DNA from: Octopus sinensis | Taxonomy: Eukaryota | Length of the DNA: 64,000 nt | Reading direction: 5' to 3' | NCBI RefSeq assembly: GCF_006345805.1 | Contig: NC_043007.1 | Coordinates: 12,028,001 to 12,092,000 of the forward strand | Part shown: piece by piece, positions 11,733 through 24,375 of the stretch | Layout of the letters: every line of letters starts with the position of its first letter | Position numbering within the stretch: position 1 is the first letter of the stretch | The notes under the pieces: model-generated | What the model was told of the DNA's origin: nothing | Database searches by the model: none | Seen by the model: the letters and a program-made list of their open reading frames with translations, nothing else | Translations under genes and position numbers: made by a program

Positions 11733-12111
11733 CTAGCAGTATCGCCCGGCGTTGCTTGGGTTTGTAAGGGAAATAACTATATAAGCATTTTTAGAGAGTT
11801 ATAGCCAAAAAATAGCAAAAAAATGCACTAAAAATGGAAAAAAAATATTGGTAAATTTTTTTTTAAATCGTTGACTCATCGTAGACATTTTTAGAGAGTT
11901 ACTTCCCTTATATAATAGCGAAAAAATGCATTAAAATGGAAAAAAATTATGGTAATTTTTTTTTTAAATCGTAGACTCATCGTAGATGCGCGCTAATACC
12001 CAGGAGGGCTCAATATGAATCACGACTATAAACTGCACCGCAAAATGTGGGAGTAGTTAGGAATCTAAATCGTAGGAGACAGACACACAACCTTACTTTT
12101 ATATATAAAGA
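11733..12111 (-). mobile_element. Non-autonomous Helitron with internal duplication
   Basis: Same TC...hairpin-CTAG termini and AT target as 6083-6373; the ATTTTTAGAGAGTTA...GACTCATCGTAGA block occurs twice. Confidence 0.9.
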
Positions 12112-12367
12112 TATGAACAAGGGAGGCAGAAGAGAAATAGGTGGAGGTGGGATACAGAGGGAGAGCAGAAAAACAGGGATCCAACTGGAGAGAAGAGGAA
12201 AAGATAATCCAGATTCAAGAACAATAGGGAAAATCCTCAATGGTCTTAAGGCCCATAGGAAGTGAAGGCAGAAGACAAAATGCTTGGGAAGATTTCATCC
12301 ATCTTTATGCTCTGAGTTCAGGTTCTGCTGAGGGTTGATTTTGTCTTTTGACCTTTCAGGATTGATA

Positions 12368-12438
<71 letters not shown>

Positions 12439-12451
12439 CCTACCTACCTAC

Positions 12452-12501
<50 letters not shown>

Positions 12502-12537
12502 ATCCATCTATCTATCTATCTATCTATCTTTCTATCC

Positions 12538-12573
<36 letters not shown>

Positions 12574-12578
12574 GTCTC

Positions 12579-12660
<82 letters not shown>
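12368..12660. repeat. (TCTA)n and (TC)n microsatellite
   Basis: Direct reading of the sequence. Confidence 0.95.
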
Positions 12661-12663
<3 letters not shown>

Positions 12664-12685
12664 ATGTATATATATGTATATACAT

Positions 12686-13185
12686 ACTCTTTAATCTCTC
12701 TTTTACTCTTTTACTTCTTTCAGTCATTTGACTGCGGCCATGCTGGAGCACCGCCTTTAGTCGAGCAACTCGAACCCGGGACTTATTCTTTTTTGTAAGC
12801 CCAGTACTTATTCTATCGGTCTCTTTTGCCGAACAGCTAAGTGACGGGGACGTAAACACACCAGCATCAGTTGTCAAGCAATGCTAGGGGGACAAACACA
12901 GACACACAATCACACACACACTTATATATATATATATATATATACATATATACGACGGGCTTCTTTCAGTTTCCGTCTACCAAATTCACTCACAAGGCAT
13001 TGGTTGGCCCAGGGCTATAGCAGAAGACACTTGCCCAAGATGCCACGCAGAGGGACTGGGCTTACAAAGTACTGGGCTTACAAAGAATAATAAGTCCCGG
13101 GGTCGATTTGCTTGACTAAAGGCGGTGCTCCAGCATGGCCGCAGTCAAATGACTGAAACAAGTAAAAGAGTAAAAGAGTAAAGAG
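12686..13185. mobile_element. SINE family A, minus copy fused to an inverted plus-strand 3' end
   Basis: The minus copy stops inside the head at about 13058; a plus-strand tail GGGCTTACAAAG...GAAACAAGTAAAAGAG follows. Confidence 0.85.
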
Positions 13186-13249
13186 TATATAGATATATAG
13201 TTAGACAGACAGGCAGGCAGACAGGGAGGCAGGGAGGCAGGCAGACAGA

Positions 13250-13288
<39 letters not shown>

Positions 13289-13605
13289 TTCTCACTGTAT
13301 TGTGTGTTCATTTCTCTTATTTCCATCTGTCATTTTATTTTTAATCTTGTATGTAAATGAAGATATTTCCTCCGTCTGGCTGCTTTTCTTTCTACAAAAC
13401 GAAAAGTTATATTGCAGAACTGTTATTTTAATGAGTTGTATCTATTTATCACCTGATGAGAAACATCTGCACTGCCGGATGTTCCTGCACCATTTGCTGA
13501 GCATCGCACCCATGAGGGATCGATGCTACATGTGTCAAAACAATTGTCATGATTAATGATAAATTCTCATGCATTCCATCTTCCATCTTTCATTTGCCAT
13601 ATATA

Positions 13606-15200
13606 CACAGGGTGCATAAGATATTTGAGGACAGATTTATGTTTATAAATTTTTTTTTTGTTTTGGAAGCACTCCGTCGGTTACGACGATGAGGGTTCCG
13701 GTTGATCTGAATCAACGGAACAGCCTGCTCGTGAAATTAACGTGTAAGTGGCTGAGCACTCCACAGACACGTGCACCCTTAACGTAGTTCTCGGGGATAT
13801 TCAGTGTGACACAGAGAGTGACAAGGCCGGCCTCTTGAAATACAGGTACAACAGAAACAGGAAGTAAGAGTGAGAGAAAGTTGTGGTGAAAGAGTACAGC
13901 AGGGATCACCACCATCCCCTGCCAGAGCCTCGTGGAGCTTTTAGGTGTTTTCGCTCAATAAACACTCACAACGCCCGGTCTGGGAATCGAAACCGCGATC
14001 CTATGACTGCGAGTCCGCTGCCCTAACCACTGGGCCATTGCGCCTCCACTTATGTTTATAAATAAACGGATATATAATAACAGATAGTAACTTTATTTAT
14101 CAAAAAATGCTATGAGGATGAAAATAAACCTTCTTTTCTATAATGTTATTCAATAAAGCCATCTTCAGTTTCAACGACTGCTTCTATATGAGATCTAAAT
14201 CATCTACATGCTCGAATCAAGTGATCCTGGTTCATTTTGGACATTACTCTGACTATGACAGCTTTCAAAGAATCTTTGGTGTTATGGGCATATTCATGAA
14301 CCTCTCTCTCAACAACACTCCACATGTAATAGTCCAATGGATTGAAATCTGGGAGGCCAAATGTTAGGGGTTATGTGATCATGAAAATTTTCAACCATCC
14401 ATTCCTGTGTTACTAGAGTCATGTGTGATAGTGCAGAGTCTTACTGAAACACGTATGGACTTCCATTGCATACACTGTCTATCCAGGGCTTAGCAATTGT
14501 TTCCAGGATCTCAAAGTAGGCAGCAGAGTTAACCCTAAGGCCATGTGGAAAGAAGGAAGGAGGCATCACATGTCCTTCATTGCTGACAACCCCTAAAACC
14601 ATGACAGTTGCAGCAAATATTGTATGCATAACACTTGGAACTCCAGAAGGGCCTCCACATAACCATCTGTCATTTCTTCTGTTAACTTTCTGATCTTGGT
14701 CGAAGTTTTTCTCATTTGAGAAAAACCAAATCAAATCTTCTTCTGTTGGAATTTCCAGTTTGTTTAAGAGCCTTTTAGCTCTGATGTAGTGATTTTCTTT
14801 TGCTTTTTCAGACAAATTGATCTTTTCTCATCATATAAGACTTATATCTGATGTCTTCATGGACAACATTTCTGACTGTTCCTTCTGACACATGGAGATC
14901 TTTTGCAATTGACCTCTTGGACTTTCTGGGATTGTAATCACTGGTCTGTTGAACTTGCTTGATAAATTCAGGTGTTTTGATGATTTCAGAGCATTTAGAA
15001 TGCTTTTTATGCTTTCATACTGGTGATACATTTCCATCTTCATTCTCTAGCTCCTTTCAAACTTTGAAGACGAAAGATGCGGCAACTTTTAAAATTCGAG
15101 TTATTTCTAAATTACTATGCTCAGCCTTTATAACCACAAAAACAGCATGCCTCTTTATTTCTTGAGTAAGCTGAGGGTCTGCCATTATTATTTTCTGAAA
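13606..15200 (-). mobile_element. Decayed Tc1/mariner DD37D (maT-type) transposon
   Basis: Frameshifted transposase: HTH region (KSKRSIAKDLHVSEGTVR), WFFS(N)EKNF, VMVLGVVS, *DSALSH, PDFNPLDY, C-terminus HIEAVVETEDGFIE*. Spacing fits DD37D after allowing a small deletion; boundaries uncertain. Confidence 0.85.
13651..14049 (-). mobile_element. SINE family B inserted in the mariner 3' region
   Basis: 14-bp TSD TTATGTTTATAAAT at 13637-13650 and 14050-14063; A-rich tail. Confidence 0.95.
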
Positions 15201-15240
15201 CAAAGATTATATAGAGTTAGCATAAACTGCAGCATATATG

Positions 15241-15271
<31 letters not shown>

Positions 15272-15309
15272 TTATGTATATATATGTGTGTGTGTGTGTA
15301 TATATATAT

Positions 15310-15642
15310 CATCATCATCATTTAATGTCCGTTCTCCATGCTAGCATGGGTTGGATGGTTCGACCGGGGATCTGGGAAGCCAGAAGGCTGCACCAGGCTC
15401 CAGTCTGGTTTGGCAGTGTTTCTACAGCTGGATGCCCTTCCTAACGCCAACCACTCCGTGAGTGTAGTGGGTGCTTTTTACATGCCAGGCGAGGCTGGCA
15501 ACGGCTACGATCGGATTAGTGCTTTTTACATGCCACCAGCATGGAAGCCAGTCAAGGCGGCACTATATATATATGTATATATGTGTAGATATTATTATAT
15601 TATTATATGACTGAATCCCACGCAGCCTCTTCCAAGTAAGTT

Positions 15643-15694
<52 letters not shown>

Positions 15695-16186
15695 GTTTCT
15701 ATATATCATCATCATCATCATTTACCGTCCGTTCTCCATGCTAGCATGGGTTGGACGGTTCGACCAGGGATCTGGGAAGCCAGAAGGCTGCACCAGGCTC
15801 CAGTCTGATCTGGCAGTGTTTCTACAGCTGGTTGCCCTTCCTAACGCCAACCACTCCGTGAGTGTAGTGGGTGCTTTTTATGTGCCACCTGCACAGGTGC
15901 CAGGCGAGGCTGGCAATGGCCACAATCGGATTGGTGCATTTTATGTGCCACCAGCACGGAAGCCAGTCAAGGCGGCGCTGGCATCGGCCACGATTCGGAT
16001 GGTCCTTTTTACGTGCCACCGGCACAGAAGCCAGTCAAGGCGGCGCTGGCATCAGCCACGATTCGGATGGTACTTTTTACATGCCACCGGCACGGAAGCC
16101 AGTCAAGGCGGCACTGGCATCTGCCACGATTCGGATAGTGCTTTTTACTGCCACCAGCATGGAAGCCAGTCTAGGCGGCGCTGGCA
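15310..16186 (-). mobile_element. Two tandem RTE LINE 3' ends with a 68-bp 3'UTR minisatellite
   Basis: Copies at about 15310-15565 and 15703-16186 share the variant CCGTTCTCCATG; GTGCCACC recurs at 15945, 16013 and about 16081. Confidence 0.8.
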
Positions 16187-16195
16187 TATATATAT

Positions 16196-16352
16196 ATGCG
16201 ATGGGTTTCTTTCAGTTCCTTTCTGCTGAATCCACTCACAAGGCTCTGATCAGTCTCAGGCTACAACATAAGACACATACCTAAAGTGCCACATTGCTGG
16301 ATTGAACCCAGAATCACATGATTGGGAAGAGAAGCTCTTACTACACGGCCAC
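16196..16352 (-). mobile_element. SINE family A 5' half
   Basis: GGGTTTCTTTCAGTT...AATCCACTCACAAGGC...GAACCCAGAA. Confidence 0.7.
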
Positions 16353-16851
16353 ATCAGCAACTGCTTTGTACATCATAATTCTTTGTGGTGTTCCCCGTTA
16401 CACTGAATGATGAGGTAGTTATGCCTGTGACCATATTGTGAAGATTTGATTTGCATACATCAATACTTCAATTCAATATCTTTGTTAGGATTCCTAAGTG
16501 AAGAATTATTATGACATATGTACAAGGACGTTCACCTTTCATTCTCTCAATTTGAGCAAATGACCTCTGGACGCCATACGACTCGAGTTTTTTATTATCA
16601 TTATCGTCATCATTATTATTGTTATTTTTATTATTATTATTATTTTTATTATTATTATTATTATTATTATTGTATCCTAGTCATCAGATTTTTCTTCAAG
16701 TTCCTATGCCTGCAGGATTAGACAAACTTGTTCGATTTTTCCAGTTTAGTTTTTCGTTTTTCTATTTTATTTTCTTATATTACCCGGCTGGTTATTGATC
16801 TTATATTTTCAATTGAATATAATTTAACTTTAAGTGCATGCACAAAATCTA

Positions 16852-16898
<47 letters not shown>

Positions 16899-16945
16899 AT
16901 ATATATATATATATATACATATATATGTGTATATATATATCATAT

Positions 16946-16976
<31 letters not shown>

Positions 16977-17766
16977 GTGTATATATATATATCATATTAT
17001 ATATAATATTATATTATATATTATAAATAATATGTGTGTGATGTGTGTGTGTGTATGTATATGTATGTGCATATGTATATACCTATATATATATATGCAC
17101 ATACATACATATACACACATATATAAATACACACACACACACACAGACATACACACATACACACACACATGCATGTACAAAATCAGAGAAAGAATTTCCA
17201 AAGTTTATTGGAGAATCAAAAGTATTACCTTGCTGATTATTGGGGGGTTTTTTTATTTATTATTTTTATTTACTGCTTTAACAAGTCTAAGATATAAAAG
17301 TTTAATGATATTTTAGAAATATATAACCTTTGAAGAAAATAAATGTAAACTAAATATTTTCACAATACTAAAATACACTTTTTATAGAATTTTTATTTAT
17401 TATATTTTCTGCTTAAAATCTACCCATAAAAAAAAAAGAAGAAAATTTACATTATTTTAGAAGTACCTAACCTTTAGCTAAAATAACTTTAAAAGAAATA
17501 TTTATCTAAAATAACTCCAAAAACCTCATTTTGACCATTCTTTTCTCCCTTTCATACTAGGGTGCCTGTGTCTCCTCTACAGCATGACACCTTTTTTGTC
17601 CCTCATTCTTACTTTAGCTTCTCACTGCCTGGCACTAAGTCACCTTCCTCAATGCTGCTCACCAATTCTGTCTTCTAAGGAGTCTTGTCTTGCAATTCAA
17701 TTGGTGACCTCACTAGTTCTGGTGCCATAAAAAAAAACAAAGCAACCAGTACACTCTGTACATTAC

Positions 17767-17812
17767 CTTTTAGACTACCTTTTTCTCCATTCTTTAAAGA
17801 ATCTGTCAAATT
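17767..17812 (-). CDS. Candidate 46-nt exon, paralogue B (phase-1 frame EFDRFFKEWRKR*)
   Basis: CCACCTCTACAG acceptor, AAG|GTAATG donor; about 55 nt of upstream intron also match paralogue A. Confidence 0.45.
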
Positions 17813-18004
17813 CTGTAGAGGTGGAATGGTATTAGTTTTGTAAGAAGTCATTTTCTTTATGAAATAGATGGTTGGCATTAGGAAGGACACCCAGCCATAG
17901 AAACCTTGCCAAAGCAGACATTAGAGATCAAAGCCACTCTCAGGCTTGATGGGTCATGTCAAACTCCCACACCCATGCCACTATGGAATATGGTCATTAA
18001 ATAA

Positions 18005-18490
18005 TGGTTATGGTGATGGTGGTGGTGATCGTCGTTGTCGTCGTGGTGGGGAAGATGATGATGGTGGTGGTGGTGGTTGTAGTGGTCGAGGTGTCGTGGT
18101 GGGGAAGATGATGATGGTGTTAGTGGTAGTGGTGGTGGTGGTGGTGGTGGTGATGGTGATGGTGATGGTGATCGTCGTCGTCGTCGTCGTGGGGAAGATG
18201 ATGATGGTGGTGGTGGTTGTGGTGGTTGTGGTGGTCGTGGTTGTGATCATGGTGGTGAAGATGATGATGGTGGTGGTGGTGGTGGTGGATGGTGGTGATG
18301 GTGATGGTGGTGGTCGTCGTCGTCGTCGTCGTGGGGAAGATGATGATGGTGGTGGTGGTCGTGGTGGTCGTGGTTGTGATCATGGTGGTGGTGAAGATGA
18401 TGATGATGGTGTTGGTGGTAGTGGTGGGGGGGGGTTTGTGGTCATTGTCGTCGTCATCATCGTTATAGTGGTCATGGTGATGGTGCTGAT
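18005..18490. repeat. (GGT/GAT/CGT)n compound trinucleotide tract after a degenerate RTE tail
   Basis: Preceded by GTTGGCATTAGGAAGGACACCCAGCCATAGAAACC at about 17871. Confidence 0.9.
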
Positions 18491-18896
18491 TCATAACACT
18501 TGGGTGGCTCAAAATGGCTTGTTTCTTCTCTGTGCAAGACTGAAAGTACCAAAAACAATTTAAATGAGAACAGCGACCAATGATTCATCAAAAGTCATTT
18601 AGCAGTCATGGTCTGTCTATAAAAGCAACCCAATCCCAGAGGAAACAAGCTGATTGGCTGAAAATAACAAAGAAAAAAGAACCAATCACATAATTACATA
18701 ATCTCACTCAATGTTTGGTTCTAGGCTAGCTATGTAAGTGTGTGTGTGCTCATGTGTGTGTCTTGGACCTATATATATATATAAAGGGGTTTGTATGATT
18801 GTGTATAGAGGGATATATATTAGTCAAAGGAATTCCAACTCTGTCTGCTTTTTATGTTTTATTTATATTCTTTATAATGTTAATGTAGAATATAGA

Positions 18897-18947
<51 letters not shown>

Positions 18948-18948
<1 letters not shown>

Positions 18949-19170
18949 TAGAAAAGAGTGAAAAAACTAAGGAAGGCTTGTTTTATAAGGTTTAAGAATA
19001 TATTTAAGTCGTTATGTTAGAAAAATGTTAGAAAATTTTGCATATAGTAACATAGTTTTTGCAGAAATTACTATATGCAAAATTTTCTAACATTTTTCTA
19101 ACATAACGACTTAAATATATTCTTTAACCTTATAAAACAAGCCTTCTGTAGTTTTTTCACTCTTTTCTAT
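18948..19170. repeat. Near-perfect palindrome, 103-bp arms, 17-bp spacer
   Basis: 18948-19050 is the reverse complement of 19068-19170 with about 3 mismatches. Confidence 0.93.
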
Positions 19171-19207
19171 ATATCCAACCATTTGCTTTCACACACCAAC
19201 TTTCTCA

Positions 19208-19272
<65 letters not shown>

Positions 19273-19700
19273 AAATGAAATGAAGTATTGATTGTCTTAT
19301 TGAATAGATGAAATATTGAATGTCAAATATTAAGGGACTAGTATACTTTCTTGCATTTAAGCAGTCTTCAAGGTCCTAGGTTGTGACAGGAATGTTTCAA
19401 CTGTACTTGACTGGCTGTCTTTTGCTCTTTATATACGTTCCTGTGGACAGCAGTAGTAATAGTGTATATGTGCAAGCACACACACTCACATAAGTAAAAT
19501 AACAGATAATGAAGACAGAAAACTACTAACAATGCTAAAAAGGAACGGTTAAGAAACTTTTATATATTTCAAGCACAAAGGCCCATCATTTGAAGTGAAT
19601 GGCTTAGAAACGTAAGTTTATGTATATATCTTGCCATGATGATTGCCAACACACACACACATACAAGCACACACACACACACATACACACAAATATGTAT

Positions 19701-20100
19701 ACTCTTTTACTCTTTTACTTGTTTCAGTCAATTGACTGCGGCCATGCAAGAGCACCGCCTTTAATCGAGCAACTCGACCCCAGGACTTATTCTTTTGTAA
19801 GCCCAGTACTTATTCTATCGGTCACTTTTGCCGAACCGCTAAGTAACGGGGACATAAACACACCAGCATTGGTTATCAAGCAATGCTAGGAGGACAAACG
19901 CAGACACACAAACACACACACACATATATATATATATACATATATACGACAGGCTTCTTTCAGTTTCCATCTACCAAATCTACTCACAAGGCTTTGGTCG
20001 GCCCGAGGCTATAGTAGAAGACACATGCCCAAGGTGCCACGCAGTGGGACTGAACCCGGAACCATGTGGTTGGTAAGCAAGCTACCTACCACACAGCCAC
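19701..20100 (-). mobile_element. SINE family A
   Basis: Reverse complement of 3194-3586. Confidence 0.92.
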
Positions 20101-20278
20101 TGAGGTTATTGTCTTTTTGTGGCTGTCAGAATTAATTTTTTGACTCTTATTTTTAGCAATCGCTGGTGCTATTTCGCACCCTTTATTTATCAATTCCTTT
20201 TTGTTTTTTAATTGCTAGCCACACATACTATAATGTGTTTAATATATCTTAATATATCATTGTAGTATCTTCTTGTAT

Positions 20279-20319
<41 letters not shown>

Positions 20320-20321
<2 letters not shown>

Positions 20322-20872
20322 CCTTCTTGGGACACATAACTCTACTTGTGAAGACCTGTTGAGGCAAGTGAAAATCAAATCAAATCAAAATCGATGAACA
20401 TCAATGGAATTTGTAGTTTTGTGGTACCAGTGCCAGTGGCACATAAGAAAATCATCCGAACGTGGCTGTAGCCAGTACCACATCGACTGGCCTCTGTGCT
20501 GTGGGCACATAACAAACACCATCCAATCGTGGCCGTGCCAGCCTCGCCTCGCCTCTGTGCCGGTGGCACGTAAAAAACACCATCCAAGTGTGGCTGTTCG
20601 CCAGCCTCGTCTGGCACCTGTGTCAGTGGGACATAAAAAAACACCATCCGAGTGTGGCCATTCGCCAGCCTCATCTGGCACCTGTGTCGGTGGCTCATAA
20701 AAAGCACCCACTACACTCACGGAGTGGTTGGCGTTAGGAAGGGCATCCAGCTGTAGAAACACTGCCAGATCAGACTGGGCCTGGTGCAGCCTTCTGGCTT
20801 CACAGACCCCAGTTGAACCGTCCAACCCATGCTAGCATGGAAAGCGGACATTAAACGATGATGATGATAATG
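20320..20872 (+). mobile_element. RTE LINE 3' end with 3'UTR minisatellite and (GAT)n tail
   Basis: GAAGACCTGTTGAGGCAAGTGA ORF-end remnant, several 60-65-bp repeats, GTTGGCGTTAGGAAGGGCATCCAGC, CCCATGCTAGCATGGAAAGCGGAC, (GAT)n. Confidence 0.82.
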
Positions 20873-21106
20873 ATATATATATATACTCAATATTCAATTT
20901 TGAGGGATTAATCGATATGTGGGTATTCTATTTCAGATAATACAAAATTAACCTAATGCGTATATCTGACAGTAAACTCATGGTATCTGTTTGCACATCA
21001 TGAAATAATACTCAGAGGACATAACCAAAATTTCCAGCTGAGTATATAATGTACTTCATTAATTATATCATACTTTAGTTAATACTCATATTTATTAAAT
21101 ATGAAG

Positions 21107-21247
21107 GAACTAACGTGTTTCAGTATTGGAAGATTACAATATATATACATATACACAACTGCATACCCATATATATATATATATACATATATAAATACGT
21201 ATATGCAATCGTCAGAGTTACAATTATTCCAACACATCTTCAGGTTC
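21107..21247 (-). ncRNA. Degenerate hammerhead-like motif with microsatellite-expanded stem II loop
   Basis: Minus strand GAAC-CTGAAGA-T-GTGTTGGAA...TTCCAATAC-T-GAAACACGTTA-GTTC; 9-bp stem II; stem III imperfect. Confidence 0.4.
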
Positions 21248-21271
21248 TATTTCAAAATATTATATATCTAA

Positions 21272-21567
21272 CTAGCAGTATCGCCCGGCGTTGCTCAGGT
21301 TTGTAAGGGAAATAACTATATAAGCATTTTTAGAGAGTCATAGCCAAAAAATAGCAAAAAAATGCATTAAAAATGGAAAAAAAATGATGGTAAATTTTTT
21401 TAAAATCGTAGACTCATCGTAGACACGCACTAATACCCAGAAGGGCTCGATATGAATCACGACTATAAGATACCCGGTTTTGGTTAAACTGCACCGCAAA
21501 ATGTGGGAGTAGTTAGGAATCTAAATCGTAGGAGACAGACACACAACTTGACTTTTATATATAAAGA
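21272..21567 (-). mobile_element. Non-autonomous Helitron
   Basis: TC start, subterminal hairpin, CTAG end, AT target. Confidence 0.9.
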
Positions 21568-22018
21568 TTTTAAATCCCTTTAAAAATAAGCAATACAATG
21601 AAGCATTAAAGATTAAAAATTACGAATTAAAAATTACAAATAAAAATTATACTTTGTAATATTAAGAATTAAAATTTATAAATTATACATTATAGTTATG
21701 AACTAGTATATATATATCAATCATGTAAAATCAAGTATATGTCAAATATAGAATGTGAGATATAAGATTAAACATCAGAATAAAAATGTCTGTGTTTAAA
21801 TGTGATATATAACATGAAAAATTCAAATACATATCTTCCTTTTTTGTTGGTACTAAAATTTCTAAATTATCCTCTATTATAATTTTAGTAATATTTAATT
21901 CATATATTTATTTTATTTAAATTATTGCAGTATTTATTTATTTATTATTTATTTATATAATCTATTCAAGTGCTTTAGAAATAAAATTATGTGGTTATTT
22001 GATTTAGGGGTTGGGGGT

Positions 22019-22642
22019 TCAGTGCTTCATTTTATTAAATGTAAAATTACTTCGGTGCCTACATTTTACTCTTCGTTTATCATGTGTGTTTAGTAATTTA
22101 CCTCTACACTGTAGTAGTTTCATAAATTCAGTTATGCATAATAAACACATTTTATTCCCAATATTATGGAAGTGAGCTCTACTCCAATTAAGGGTGAACT
22201 CTCTTTTTCTAGATTTTAATTCCCATATATATTTACTTAAGCCTGTAGACTTACTTAAATTGGGATTTTTAAAGGTCTGGTAGTGTTGGGATATTCTCTT
22301 TTTAATTTTATTAGCTGTTGATCCAATATAAGCCTTATTTATAATTTTATTATTATTATTCTTAGAGCTAGCTATACATTTATAAATTACATTATCTGTA
22401 TTACAATTATTAGAGAGCTTACATTTAGTCTTATCACGACATGAACATTTTTCTATGTGTTGATTAAGTTTCATATCACTATTGGTTATATTATGGCTAG
22501 AGCTATCATTTATTATGCTATTGTAATAATTATTTAATTTCTTATTATTTATAGAGGAAATGATACTGCCTACATTTCTCAATGTTGAGTATCCCACTCT
22601 TATGGTTTTATTGGAAAATATATTTGAATAACTATTGTCCAT
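22019..22642 (-). pseudogene. Penelope-like element ORF C-terminus: RT-thumb end, Cys-rich linker, GIY-YIG endonuclease
   Basis: IFSNKTIRVGYS; CSCRDKTKC..C; NVIYKC...AYIGST...KRISQH; LSKYIWELK; CLLC; terminal KCRH. 207 open codons; in-frame TAA TAG lie just upstream. Confidence 0.88.
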
Positions 22643-22764
22643 GTCACCAAATAGATATTGTTGCTATTATGCAAATGTACCGTAAGCCCAATATGTTGCT
22701 TTTTCAAAAAACAAAAAATGGTTTCACTGTTCCATTTCTTTTTACATTTGCAAATTATATATAT

Positions 22765-22815
<51 letters not shown>

Positions 22816-23357
22816 AATTAAATACACACCCAAAAGAGCTTCTAATAAGCTTCATGCTATTATCAAGGCTGGATTAAGACCCATCAAGGCCTTAAGCACT
22901 TAAAAGATCTTTTGGTGCCTCCATAAAATATTATGTAATTCAAAATATAAACAATAACAAACCATAAAATAAATTTTTATTTTTCAAAACGAAACAAAAC
23001 AGTAAGAGGGAAAATAATATTTATTTTTGTCGACTTCCACTTCATTTATATTTGAAAAAGTTTCCTCCTACATTTTTGAATTGCAAAGTCTTTGATCAGA
23101 TTCTCAAAATTAAAATTAATCTTTAGGTAACACATCAGCACCTATAATTAGTAGAGATAATGGCATCCTGAATATTATTTCAGCAAATTTATCGTGATTT
23201 CTTTTGTGCCATAAACCATTTACCATTTCCTTCCCTTCATGTCCTAAGCATGTGCTTATTTTGCTTAATAGTTAATCCAACACTGGCTATTATGATTTAT
23301 AAAATGAACCATACATCTTAAAGCAATTTTTCAGGCTCTGTTTATGTGTTATATATA

Positions 23358-23632
23358 TTTTTTTTTTCTCTCTAGTTTCAGCTCAGAGCTGCAGCCATAC
23401 TGATGCACTGCCATTTTGCTCCACTGTTATTACTATGAGCCTCCTCTAATATGTGGCACTTGATGAAGAATGGAGTTTGATATAGCTACCCTCATTTGCA
23501 CCTCTTGCCGCGAGGTAGGTTCATCTGGGACTCTCGACAGGAAGAGGTTCAGCTTTGATTTTAAAACCCCTACATCTACTTTGTGCAGGTTCCTCAGACT
23601 TTTTGAGGGAATATTAAAAAGCTGTGGGTTCC
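23358..23632 (-). mobile_element. CR1/L2-group LINE 3' end
   Basis: Matches 25600-25860. Confidence 0.85.
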
Positions 23633-23687
23633 TGCAAGGAAATGATGTTAAAACTTAGGCAAATAAGTTATTTTTTTATTAAACATA

Positions 23688-24130
23688 GCTGGCAGAATTG
23701 TTAGCATGCTGGGCAAAATGCTTAGATGCATTTCGTCCATCTTTATGTTCTGAGTTCAAATTCTACCAAAGTCAACTTTGCCTTCCATCCTTTCAGGGTT
23801 GATAAAATAAGTACCAGTTGCGCACTGGGTTGATATAATTGACTTATCACCCGCCAAAACAAATTACTGGCCTTGTGACAAAATTTGAAATCAATATTAT
23901 CATTTATAAGGTGACAGAATCATGCCACCTTATAAATGCTTAGCAGACAAATGCTTAGTAACAATTCAGCTGTCTTTACATTCTGGGTTCAAATTCCGCT
24001 GGGATCGACTTTACCTTTCATCCATTCAGAGTTGATAAAATGTGTACCAGTTGAATACTGGGGTCAATTTAATCAACTTACTCCTTCCTACGAAATTGCT
24101 AGCCTTGTGCCAAAATTTGAAAGCAATATT
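23688..24130 (+). mobile_element. Two diverged SINE family C copies
   Basis: GCTGGCAGAATTGTTAGC...GAGTTCAAATT...CCATCCTTTCAGGGTTGATAAAATAAGTACCAG, present twice. Confidence 0.7.
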
Positions 24131-24375
24131 TATTATCATTTAATTTATTTATTTAGACATTAATTCCCCTATTTTGTGGGAAATGGTTATGTCTACTTAA
24201 GTACCTGTCTGCAACAGTGAATATTTGAACACAAAGCTGTTCTGTCTGCTTGTCTTCCTTCGTATCAATCAACATTTTGTTTCCACCGACCTTTCAAAGT
24301 AACTTGTACTATGAGATAAATCCATAGATTTCAGCCATCACTACATTTGTAAATTAATTAAATTCATTAAATACA

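Noticed and set aside
15693-16284. Cys/His/Trp-rich ORFs (also 20375-20825, 28221-28699)
   Set aside because: Read-through of the RTE 3'UTR minisatellite.
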